Positions 31,401 through 42,451 of a stretch of DNA of 64,000 bases are shown here, in pieces. The notes below the pieces were generated by a model. It saw only the letters and a program-made list of their open reading frames with translations, searched no databases and had not been told where the DNA came from. A program made the position numbers and the translations under genes. The stretch comes from Zygnema circumcarinatum SAG 698-1b (taxonomy: Eukaryota > Plantae > Zygnematophyceae). Within the stretch, counting starts at the first letter, position 1. The number at the start of each line of letters is the position of its first letter. The DNA lies in assembly GCA_037447605.1 (NCBI GenBank), contig CM074807.1, positions 3,298,829 to 3,362,828 of the forward strand, written 5' to 3'.

Positions 31401-33112
31401 TGCCCCAGCTAGGCTTCAAGTGCGAGAGGAGGGCAGTGAGAGAGCGAGAGGGGGGACCGGGAGAGAGGGAGAGAGAGGGCGGGCATACCAGGCCCCTCAG
31501 GAGAGTCGACCAGCCCTCCAGTGGCAGATTTCCGACGCTTTCGCGTTATGACAGAAGCTGCGGCAGCAATGGCTCCTCCAGCCAGGATGGCCCACTGAGC
31601 TGCCTCCTGCTCAGACACAGTGAGAAAAAGGTTCAGGGGACGAGTGTTGGGAGGGAGGGAGGGAGGGAGGAAAAACGGGAGGACGAGAGAGGAAGAACTA
31701 GAAGTACGGAGGGAGGGAGAGAAGAGACTCCGGGGGGAAGGGAGTGGGGAATGCAACGAGTAGCAAGAGAACGGAGAGTGAGTGAGGTGTGCAAACAATG
31801 CGAGGGGAAAAATAAGAACTGGAGGGAGTCCTCTCTTTCCAACGGTCAGCAGATTCAACTTAGCAGCAGGAACACAACTGTTACTTCTAGAGATCCGCGA
31901 AAAAAAAAAAAATGAAAACAACAGAACAATAAAATCGCATCCTTGTATGGATAAGGATGTTTAGTTCCCGGTTTAATAAAAGCTTGACAAATGTTTCTAT
32001 ATGTAGATAATGCGTCGTCTTTTGATGGATTGAGCGGCCATGCCTGAGGGGGAAACCCATTCTGGGCAGACCGTCTTGTAGGAGGTGGCTGCCTGCTGGT
32101 CGAAAGAGTATGTGGTTTGAATGCTGACAAGGTGATTGGATCACCCGCGTAGTCGCGGACTCGGCTCTGTAAAGGAGCAATACAGACAAAAAAGTGTCAG
32201 AAAAACTTTACTTCGAGTATCAACTCACAGTTCAAGACTTACTTTTTTGCAATTATGTACCCCAAGAGCTGCATACGCAAGTGAAGAAATGTAAGCCAAG
32301 AGATGCATTTCACAGAACCTCTGCACAGAATGCACGGCAAAAAATGTCCGCCAATGAAAGCACACTAAGAAGCTTGCAACGGGATTTTGCTAGGAAAATA
32401 CATACAAAGAGAGGAATACCAAGGAATGTCTGCCAATAAAGCATGAAAAAGGTGCATGTAGGGATGTCGCCTAAGAAATGCATGGACAGAATGCACGCCA
32501 AGGGATGACTGCAAAAATAAAGCATACAAAGAGATGTCTGCAAAGGACTTCTGCAGAAACATATGCGCGAGATCCATGTAAACTAACATCTGCCAAGGAA
32601 TGCTTGTAAAAGATGATGCATGTCAGGAAATGTTTGCTAAAACGGTATGCAATGCCTGTACGCCAAAGAAAAGTGTGCATCAAGCGCAGGTAGCCGGATG
32701 TCTGCCGAACAAAGCATGCAAATGAATGCAGGTCAAATGCATGAATACATGCGTTTGTTTTTGTTTGGCAAGACTCCAAGACATGCATGCAACGGCTACA
32801 TGCCAAGGCATGTCTGCCATGACAATACACGGAAATATTGATGCCGCTCAAGAAAGGCATGCAAAGAGAAAAACGCCTGCCAGGAAAAACATGCAGTGAT
32901 GCAGGCCAATGCATGTTCGCTAACGATATATGCAATTTTCTGTCAACAAACGCCTGCCAAATGTTGAAAGATGCACGCCGAACAACGTCGTAGGCTGCAA
33001 GAACTTTGGAACCGGGAAGAGGTGCGCGTCAAAGGCGAGCACGGGGCACCTTGATTGTGACGCCCTTCTCTTCAAGCACGAAGGAGCGCCATGGAGGGTC
33101 TCCTCCGCTCAT
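25440..33112 (-). CDS. Uncharacterised protein of roughly 1000 aa with an N-proximal hydrophobic helix plus basic cluster, a long coiled coil and a low-complexity C-terminus
   Basis: Phase-consistent exons: 31612-31489, 30805-29721, 29299-28703, 28564-28400, 28174-27980, 27459-27373, 27052-26928, 26736-25440. Probable 5' exons are 33112-33050 (MSGGDPPWRSFVLEEKGVTIK) and one starting at 32166 (SRVRDYAGDPITLSAFKP) whose donor I could not fix. Heptad-rich segment: EDIQKLRQQLRSREEIIYELQAHLAERE...LDELAQSVSLQ. I do not recognise the family. Confidence 0.75.
32230..33000 (+). repeat. Degenerate intronic satellite with ATGTCTGCC(A)A and GCATGCA cores
   Basis: Variants of atgtctgcca/cgcctgcca and agcatgca recur at irregular spacing of a few tens of bp. 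Confidence 0.6.
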
Positions 33113-33370
33113 GGCTTACAGTCAGCCCTGAACCTATGGCAATAAATTCTATGAAAATGATTCGAGACAATCAAACTTTCAGCTTTCCCTTCCAAGCATG
33201 CCAAGAGACAGCGAAACAGAGAAACTGAATGCAAAATTTGACTGAAAAATCGGTCAAATGTAGGGAAATGAAAGGGCGGGAGTCCAAATAGATCGAGAGA
33301 GGGAGTGAGAGAGAGAGCAGCAGCAGCAGGAGGAGCTGACTATTGCAAGTGCAAGAGAGGGAGACGCCTG

Positions 33371-33411
<41 letters not shown>

Positions 33412-33419
<8 letters not shown>

Positions 33420-33499
33420 CCCTGCAAGGGAGGGACCAAAAACTGAACGGCTCTAATGCGACAGTTTACGGCCTGCGACGCCCTGCGATAGATTTGCGA
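33412..33499 (+). mobile_element. 88-bp dispersed repeat, copy 1 (follows a (GA)n tract)
   Basis: About 93% identical (6 differences) to 59011-59098. Element class unknown. Confidence 0.7.
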
Positions 33500-33942
33500 C
33501 GCACAATGACGCCTCTCAACCGTCCGATTCGATCGTGCAATGGAAAAACTGATCGCAAGGCAAAAATGTCGTTCAGGAACACTGGTTGGGACTCTAAGCC
33601 TACGAGCGCTGGCCAGTCCCAATATGCCAAGTGCCAAAAAAGTAGGTCGGTGCCCTTAAAAATTGTACCAACGTGGATAGCAGGTGCCGTACCGTACGGT
33701 CAGCTACGATGCATATGTTCCACGTGGCACAAAATGAGTGGCCCAAAAATAAATAATATATGTAAGACATATCGAACTAAATAGTTTGATGACGTCATAA
33801 ACGTCAACAAGTTTCAGACTGGCGGTTTGTCTTGCAATATGAAAACTGATTTTTTCCGTCAAACTTTTCTGTTCACGGAGGTGGGGGCGAAGGACGGAGG
33901 CAGAAGGGGCCTTGGTTTGCAGCCAATAGGGGTTCAGTGAAT

Positions 33943-34024
33943 TAGGGTTTTGGAGGGTCAGGGTTTAGGGTTTTGAGATTGGGGTTTTGGAGGTTGAGGG
34001 TTTAGGGTTTTGAGATTAGGGTTT
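33943..34024 (-). promoter_or_regulatory. Four telo-box motifs (AAACCCTA) immediately upstream of the uL18-like ATG
   Basis: TAGGGTTT occurs at 33943, 33966, 34003 and 34017. Telo-boxes are established features of plant ribosomal-protein gene promoters and 5' UTRs. Confidence 0.6.
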
Positions 34025-34033
34025 GAGGCCTGC

Positions 34034-35341
34034 ATGGCCGCAGGTCCGTGTGCATTTGCGGGACGGCGGCTCCTTGCTTCAACCTCCAGGCTCGCCTTCT
34101 GGGGAGAGAGCACCTTCACCAACCTGCAGTACCCGCTGCCGAAGAAGAAGCAGGTGGGGATGAATGCATTGAATTGAATCAATAGGTGGATGAATGAGTG
34201 AGGGGAGGAGCAAATGGGCTTACGTAGAATTGAGCTACATAGTTCAATTTTGCCATGTTTTGAACAATTTTTTGGTTAGTCGCTCCCTCTCCCTCTCCCA
34301 CTCCCTCTCCCTCTCCTCTCCCTCTCCTCAGAATAACTAAATGGCCAATAGCTAAGGGATCTAGAGTCCCGGCGTGACCAATCGTTTTTATTTGAAAACG
34401 TCTTCTTAACTCTTAGATTACTTGATGTGAAGTTAAAAAGCACAGTTTGTCAATTGAAAGAATTCCTCTCTTGCTCATTAAAGCTATATTGAAGGTTCCT
34501 CTCCCTCTTCCTCTCCTCCTCCCTCTCCCTCTACCTCCTCTCCCGCTCCCGCTCTCGCCCCCGGCCCCGCCCCCTCCCGCGCCCTCTCCCCCTCCCCATT
34601 CCCCTTCCCTCCTCCCTCCCCCCCCCTCCCCCTCCCCCTTCCCCTTCCCGCCTCCCTCCCCTCCCCCTCCCCCTCCCCCTCCCCCTCCCCCTCCCCCTCC
34701 CCCTCCCCCTCCCCCTCCCCCTCCCCCCTCCCCCTCCCCCTCCCCCTCCCCCTCCCCCTCCCCCTCCCCCTCCCCCTCCCCCCTCCCCCTCCCCCTCCCC
34801 CTCCCCCTCCCCCTCCCCCCTCCCCCTCCCCCTCCCCCTCCCCCTCCCCCTCCCCCTCCCCCTCCCCCTCCCCCTCCCCCTCCCCCTCCCCCTCCCCCTC
34901 CCCCTCCCCTCTCCCCTTTCTGCTAGTGCGCAGGGCGGCGTCATCACGTACGTTAACAACTCCGGTTGGACGAGAAAAGGAACCAAGTCTGAGCACGATC
35001 CCAAGAACAGAAAGTCGTGGAAGCAGCGAACCGAAAAGTATTTGAAGCCATTTCAGCTGAACGTTTATCTCTCCAAAAAATTTGTCAATGCCTCCGTCAT
35101 GCATCGCGTGACCAGCCGAGTCGTGGCGGTCGCCTCCACCAATGCAAAGGATTTGAGGGAGTCTCTGCCTTCTACTAATGATGAAAATGCCTGCAAGGTT
35201 ATTGGAGAGCTTCTCGCTGAAAGGTGTAAGGAAGCCGATGTTTTCGCGATAATTTTTACGTTAAAAAAGGATCAGAAATACGAGGGCCGGCTCGCAACAG
35301 TCGTCGATACGATCTTAAAGAATGGGATTACGCTAGTTTAA
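34034..35341 (+). CDS. Organellar (probably mitochondrial) ribosomal protein uL18-like (L18p/L5e family), 2 exons
   Basis: Exon 34034-34153 encodes an R/S/L/A-rich presequence-like N-terminus. Exon 34934-35341 encodes [45 protein letters not shown]...[14 protein letters not shown]...[17 protein letters not shown], a uL18 pattern. From memory it resembles the Arabidopsis At1g08845-type uL18-like proteins. Confidence 0.88.
34497..34917 (+). repeat. (CCCCT/CCCCCT)n array in the uL18-like intron
   Basis: About 420 bp of near-pure C/T, ending about 16 nt before the 3' splice site at 34933. Confidence 0.92.
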
Positions 35342-35461
35342 AGGACAGGGAGGAACAAGGGGTCGAGAATTCGCAGGTTTTTGGGGTTTCAACGTGTTGT
35401 AGGGTGATGAGATAGTTGAGACTTGTGAAGATAAGAAGACAGCAAGATAAGATTTTGTACA

Positions 35462-38400
35462 ATGTATGCAAATAGCTGCTGGATGGGAGGGCGTCTGCAT
35501 TGGAGGCAAAGCTGGAGAGTTCAAGAGAGGGGAGCTTGTTGGAAAGACGGAAGAAAATCTTTAGAATTACATTTGCTATCCCCAATTCAAGCTCTTTGTT
35601 CGGATCAAAATCACTCTATATGTGGAAAGGGTTTGCAGTCACCCTCGACTTTTGGGGCTTTCTCAAATTTTAGAGTTTCTAGACTGCTTAAACTCAGCAA
35701 ATACTGCTCCTACTCTGTCTCAACTGGGACCTATAATGAAAGTGGCTTTGAAACCGACCGACCTGCCACGGATAACTTTTTGAAGTTGGAAGAAGATGTG
35801 AAAGAACGGAGGGGTCCTTTTTTGTATTTTGAAGGAGTTGTGGAGGGAGGATTGGGAAAGCAGAGGCTGGATACTTATATTAGTGAGCAGATTCCGAGAG
35901 CGAGCAGAGCAAAAGTGCAGACATGCATCCGAGAAGGATATGTGACTGTGAATGGGAAGCTGCAAACCAAGGTATATGTGTGGAATATGAATGGGATTAG
36001 AAAGGTGGTTTGAGAGATCGAATTGAAATTGAGTCAAAATTTGCATTCTGTCGAAATGGATACTATCCTAATTCTGCTGTTCTACAGGCGAGCCTTAGAT
36101 TGGCATTGAGCTTATAGGAATACTTTCCAGGAGTATAGACCACTTATTCGGTTTATCACTTACTCCTAATGCTAAACACTGAGTTTTCTCCTTCTCTCTC
36201 TTCTTGCAATTTTGCTTCCGCTCTCTCTATGACCCCGTCTTTTCCACTCTCTTTTTCCTTACGATTTAAAATGTTTCTGGTTGCAGGTCTCGTACAGTCT
36301 TAGATCGGGGGAAAAAGTGGAGTGCAAGCTTCCTCCTCCTCCCCCTCTAGAAGCTGTTCCGGAGAACATTCCTATAGAAGTGGTGTACGAAGATGATAAT
36401 CTTTTAGTAGTAAATAAGCCCCCCCATCTGGTGAGTTACAATACTCGTCAGCAATCCACATAATGCAAGTTGTTTTTTCAATCACTTTTTCTAACTTTGA
36501 CATCTTGGAATACTGGCTGCATCAAGGATTAAGAAAAGTTAGACGAAATCATTACTCTCTTATCTTGGCTAGTACTACTGTACACCCTCGTCTTTTGCTT
36601 TCTGTCTAATTGACGCGACTCCTTGAGAGAGAGGAGAGGGAGAGGGGGAAAGAGAGAGAGAGAGAGACAGGGATTTGCCTTAAATTTCTTCTTTCCTATT
36701 TCCCAGGTGGTCCATCCTTCTCCAGGGCATTATAATGGAACTCTCGTGAATGCACTTTTGTATCACTGTGGGCTGCCGCCAATGCAAGTTCCGTCCGGAA
36801 ACACGTCGCAAAGAGGACTGCAAGTGCAGGAGAGGAGTCTGTTGGAGCTGCAGGGAGAGGGAGAGGGAGAGGGAGAGGGAGTAGATGAGGGAGAGGATGA
36901 GGGAGAGGATGAGGAAGCGGGAGAGGGGGAGGGAGAGGGAATCTTGCTTGCAGCAGCAACATTGAATGGACCACAACCCATAATCCGGCCAGGAATTGTG
37001 CATAGGCTCGATAAGGGAACAAGTGGCCTTTTGGTTGTCGCTAAAGTGAGTACCACTGCATTTTTTTTTTTTTTTTTTCTATCTCAATTGAATGGACTCC
37101 GTGACTCCTTTGTTAGGAAACAATCGATTTTGCATAATTTTCTCGTTGGCTTATTACCCTTTAGTCCTCGCGGTTGTTACATTGCGAATACCCTACTGAG
37201 TTTGAGCCACCGATAGGATGAGCTTGGCGAACAGGTGACATTTTGATCTGTCTAATAAGAGGTTGGGATTGTTGAGATTCTCAGGATGAGTATTCCCATG
37301 CGCATCTATGTGATCAGTTTAAGGCCCGTTCCGTCAAAAGAGCATACCTAGGCATCACATGTGGAGTGCCCTCTCCCCTTCAAGGAAGGATTGAGACAAA
37401 AATTGGACGCGATCCGAAGGATAGAAAACGGATGGCGGCCTCTACAAGTACTCGCACTATGGGTGGATATCGCTTTGCAGCTAGCAGGTGAGAGAGGGGA
37501 GAGAGAGGAGGGAGAGGAGAGAGAGGCTTTGTAAGATGTTTAGATCAAGTAAAGGTGATTGGCTTTGGCACAACATGAGCATGTTGTGGCTACTTTGGTC
37601 CCACCCAGTTATACTGCCAAGGAATGGCATGAGAGAGAGAGAAAGACAAGTGGGAGAGAGAGGGAGGAGGAGAGCGCTTTGGCTTTCGCGAATATCTTTT
37701 TCGTAAAAAGAAATGAGAAGATGTTCTCAGCGAGTTCACTCCGTATTAGGGCTGGCAACGTGTTTTTATGTCACATGATTATGTTGCTTTCTCCTGAATA
37801 GAAAGATGAGCTTTGGTAGGCGGAGTAAGAACTTAAAGTTGAAGGCATGTTTCCTGCTTGCGTGTGATCTCAGATATGAGGTGCTGCAGGCCTTAGCTGG
37901 GGGAGGGGCTGCTCTAGTGGAGTGGAGACTGGAGACTGGACGAACTCACCAGGTGCTGCCCTCTCTCTGCTTCTCTCTCTTCCAAATCTCTCTCTCTTTC
38001 TCTCTCAGCAACTTAAACCACTAAGGTATTCATCAGCTCTCATCACCTTTCTCATGAATATGAAAACATTCATTGTTTACTGTGTGGTTATAGATAGAAA
38101 TTCGCACGCTGCAACACTAGAGATTCTAGAACCCACGAGACTTTTGTGTACTTAGACCCTAAGTATCTAAGTATGTGAGCAATAGCTTCAGTTCATGAGC
38201 TGATTGTGGGAGATGTTCTGGTCTTTTGGATGCAGATTAGAGTACATGCAAAGCATGTGGGCCATCCCATTCTTGGAGATGAAATGTACGGAGGGCTCGG
38301 GAAGGCTGTGCTCGCAAAGCTCCTTCAGGCCCTGCCCGTGGGCGAGCATGGGCGGGCGCAGGCACTCATGGCCCGCCTGGACCGGCCATGTCTCCATGCA

Positions 38401-38771
38401 CGCACACTCGGGTAGGAGTCTCTCCCTCTCCCTCTCCCTCTCCCTCTCGTCCAACCCCCCACCGCCCTCACAAAGATGCTGGTCATAGAGCTGAAATGAA
38501 TGATCAGGGATCGCACTAACAGTATCATGAACTCTACGCCAAGCTCTAGAAGGCATCGTGCAGAGCATAGAGGCAACGGATGGTCTCCCCCCCACCCCCC
38601 CTGCCCCTCCCTCCCTCCCTCTCCCTCTCGATTCTCTCCTGAAAGTGCTGTGCCCCTCCCTGCAGGTTCGTGCACCCCCATTCTCAGCGAGAGCTCTTCT
38701 TCTCCGCAGAGCCTCCTTCAGACTTTGCGGAGTTCCTCGCCTCTCTGCAGGCGCTGGCTGCCCTCTCGTAG
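35462..38771 (+). CDS. RluA/RluD-family RNA pseudouridine synthase with S4 domain, probably organelle-targeted, 7 exons
   Basis: S4 domain (QRLDTYISEQIPRASRAKVQTCIREGYVTVNG), VVYEDDNLLVVNKPPHLVVHP, catalytic motif RPGIVHRLDKGTSG, LETGRTHQIRVH, HPILGDEMYG and LHARTLGFVHP. Exons 35462-35971, 36287-36430, 36707-37045, 37285-37487, 37874-37952, 38236-38411, 38666-38771. The start codon (35462 or 35483) is uncertain. Confidence 0.95.
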
Positions 38772-39545
38772 TCTGTGGGCAGTCAGCGGGCGTCGGCTTT
38801 AGACGCGGAGAGAGGGGGCTGGCATGTGGCTACTACGGAACTCATTTGAGTTTAGGGGGCTTTTGCATGCGTGATGCATTCCCGTGCCAGGGCAAACAGA
38901 GAGGAAGGGGTTTGGAGGGGAGGGGGGGGGGGGGAGAAGAGGAGGGGGAGAGAGAGGTGGAGAGATGTGATTTCTTAACGTCCCTGCAGTGACATTTCTT
39001 TCAGAGGCCATTTCTATGATGGAGATGGTCTTCATGTCCGACATGTTATCTGTGCATGAGATTGCAAGGTTTTCAATCGTAGGTAATTCTTGAAATACTT
39101 ATTTCCAAAGAATGTGTTATGGTACAACGAGCTTCTAGTTTTGAATAGGACTTTTGTTTTGGTAGCGACAATATGTCACTCTCACACAGCTGCGACTGAA
39201 GGCGCCAATTTTTTAAGCTGTGGATCCGCCTATAAGAAACAGACCAAAAAAAAGCACATTAGTGCCAGAAAACTTGTTGTGGTCGACTACATGTGAAGCC
39301 GAAGGCCAAGTTTGTGGCAGAAAACTAATCAATTGATGTTTGCCTTGTATCTCGCAAAAGGTAAATGATGAATTCGGGGGGGTGGGGTCCCACGAAAGCA
39401 GAGTGAGGAATAGCTAACTTATCCGAAACGCAAATGTAGTAAGGAATTGGAAGATTGTCACAGCAATTGTCTTTGAAGTCTTGACAAGAAAATTGGCGGG
39501 TTGATTGGAATAATGAAATGTTGAGCATTCTGGGGATGAGGCGTG

Positions 39546-42165
39546 TCAGGCGTCATGCGTCACAGGGTTCAGAAGCGCAAGAGGGCTTTGAAGCGGCTGC
39601 AGAACGGTCCTGAAAAGCAGTCTTCAATCAACCAACCCCCTCCTCCTTTGCATCAGCCCATTGCAAATGTGCTTACCTTCCCCTCCTACGAAAAAAGCCA
39701 CTGGGGTTGAAGAGTTGGGAGCCTACCCCTGCCGCTATCTTTTCCTCGATGGACCGCATGTACGGGTGGCGGAGCATGTTTTGAGCACAATTTGCCCACT
39801 GCTTCAAAGCAAAGCCGGCAGTTCTGAACATCAGATGTCAACAATGAAGCGAGCCAGTCCTTCCGCATGCAGCCATATCATAAAGATAAAAATTGGAAGT
39901 GCCATTTTACGATTCTTTTTGTGTCCCCCCATGCAGCCATTCACTGTGCATACAATACTCTGAAAAACGGGACTAGAAAGGCCACATCTTCACTTTTAAG
40001 ATATGCAGTAAGTATGCAAAAGAGTATGAATGCGGACATCATTACAGAAGGCATGGCCATGGCTCAAACCTTCACTTCCCCATTAGTCATCCTAACAGAT
40101 ATCACGTTGAACAGTGCAAGCGAAGGTTGCTAGCGATTCTGCTTTTTGGAAGAACAGCATCCAGATAGATCGAGGAGTAACACTTTCTCACATTTTTTGC
40201 GGCTACTTTGAACGCCTCTCTATGGTCCATCGTAGGATTCGCTGCCTTTATCCGAACAATCTCATCTCTGTAATAGACGACAGTTAGGACAAGAGTAGCG
40301 AAACAAACGAAATGAAGCTTACACTTTACTTATTTATTTAACCATCCGACCAGTTTCCTGTCAAGCTCCTGCTAGATATCTCAGCGGCATGGATGCATAT
40401 AACACATGTAAATGTCACACCCGAAGCAGCTATCGTTTGAAATGAAATCGCGAATTCAAAATCACAACCTATCTCCCCACGCAGGGGAGTATTAAATTAA
40501 ACATAAGTAGCTCAAGAACTTGGAGAAAGGAAAGAATCACCTGATGAAGAGATTGTAAGGTGATGGATTCCTTACTCGCTTAGCTGCACTCGTGTACAGG
40601 AGATATTCCCATAGTTAGCAGTTTAGATTCTATTTTTAGATCCTACCACTGCTATGCGTCTCCGCTATATCCCATTCTTATGCATCCTCTGCTTGAAAAA
40701 TAAATTTTGCACGAGCTGAACAAAATAGCATTACAAATCTGAAGATACCTTGAAAACCTTTCTCGAAGCCTTACCTTTTCCCCGTTCCTTCCCTGCGACA
40801 TCCACCTTAGGAGCTGCTCGACTAAGCTGCTTCGTCGACTGCTCCTCCTGCACTTCACATTCCACGGTGATCACGGGAGTCGGGGCCTGCTCCTGCTCAA
40901 GGAGCGAGCCGCTGCTTTCCTGAGCTCCACATGGGGCCAAAGGCATCATCCAAGGCGGGCCGAGATCATTGAAACCGCACATTGGAGCTTCCATCTGCAA
41001 AGTCACATACAGAACAAAAAAGTGAAGCGCTTAGACTTTAAGTCTTGATTTCTTTTCCTTCTTTTTGTTGAGCGTTCCATCATCACAACTTCGATTTCAG
41101 AAGCGGAACATCGTCACTATCATCGAAAGCGTCGCACTACCCTGAACACGAGCAATGTCCACAGACTATCGACCATTTTAACCTGAGCTGCAAGTCATAT
41201 AATCACATCATGCCTGGTGATCTTGCCCGACTATATGCTTTTTATTTTCACAAAAGTGGCGGTTTGAACGCATTCATGTTGAAAATGTCTGTCGCTCTCA
41301 GCACGGGCTCATTGTAAGGTTCGCATAATACTATCTCGTTGACCGTGCCTAACTCTGAAGCAGAAGAAAAAGTTTGAAGGTGGCATGATCGATAGATAGG
41401 TGTACCTAACCTCACCATTCCTGGAAGAATGGCATCTTCTGCGGAAGGAGAGGGCTGCAAACTGACAGCTAACAAGCTGCTGCAGTTCCCGCAGCGAACC
41501 GCCACCAAGCTCGTGTTTGCGGGGTCGGGTATGGCGACCTGCAAGAGGCCATTTCCGTAAAACGCTTCACTTTCCGTGTTTTAATACAAGTTATTTAAAT
41601 GAATGCTACTGAAACACATCCTGCCGCATATTTCAGAAAGCGCTGCTTCCTAAAGTTGCTTTCTTTATTCGAACTACAAACAAACATGGAATCACTATAC
41701 ACGGAAGTTCAGAAAACATTCATTCAAATTGCTGATGATGATTGTAATTGATACGATTTCTTAATCGCACCATTGATTTCAATCCATTCAATCTCTCGTA
41801 AAATAGAACTTCTATTTGTACTTTACCGCTGGAAAGCTTCTACACATTCAGCCTAGGCTGCCTGCATGCATGCATGCCAGCCGTCCACACAGTCTTTGGA
41901 ATATTTGCAGGATCCACAACCTCAAGAAGTACGCTGCAATAAGAGCAGTGCAGCTGAAAGGTCTCATAACAAGGAGGAGGCGAGCAAGACAGCGAACTGA
42001 TCGACGCATCAGGCGAGTCTGCAGAAGCACCAGCAGCAGCAGCCGCTCCATGGCTGGAGGAGCTCTTCTCAGCAGGACCAAGAAGGTATTGACTGAGATC
42101 CTCCAATACCTGTGAAGACCACATAATATCTCACCCAAAAACGCCACCAACAAATCTCTCGCCAT
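39546..42165 (-). CDS. YABBY: YABBY transcription factor (C2C2 zinc finger + HMG-like YABBY domain)
   Basis: Zinc finger HCSYC-X20-CGNC is split LLE|VAIP by an intron (exon ending 41921; exon 41538-41416). A linker exon lies at 40994-40775. The YABBY domain AKRVRNPSPYNLFIR|DEIVRIKAANPTMDHREAFKVAAKN|WANC is on exons 40583-40541, 40267-40192 and 39798-39677. The last exon is 39609-39546. The first coding exon and start are ambiguous; one candidate ATG is at 42165. Confidence 0.92.
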
Positions 42166-42451
42166 CTTCCTCCCCTTAACAAGCGCGCATGGAGGGAGAC
42201 AGACAGAAGCAGGAGAGGGAGTCACCCTTTCGACAGGGCCCCTCGGCCTGCCTGACAGTATGACCTCTCCTTAGATGGCTCTTCGGGCCCGACGGCTCTG
42301 ATATTCCCCAGAGGGAGGCCGGTGGCCGCCATGGCTGCAGGCCGGGCCGCCATGGCTGTCGGAAGAGCCGCCGGCAGAAGACGGACGGCGGCGACACGAC
42401 AGAGGGGGAGGGGCTCTCCAACTTGGAGTGCGAGGGCCAATCAGGGGCTTC

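Noticed and set aside
34447-35104. Proline-rich extensin- or formin-like ORF and its Gly/Glu-rich antisense ORFs
   Set aside because: They derive from the (CCCCT)n tract, which lies inside the phase-consistent uL18-like intron (34154-34933).
38666-38771. Apparent frameshift in the last pseudouridine synthase exon
   Set aside because: On recount the C-run gives an intact frame, GFVHPHSQRELFFSAEPPSDF.
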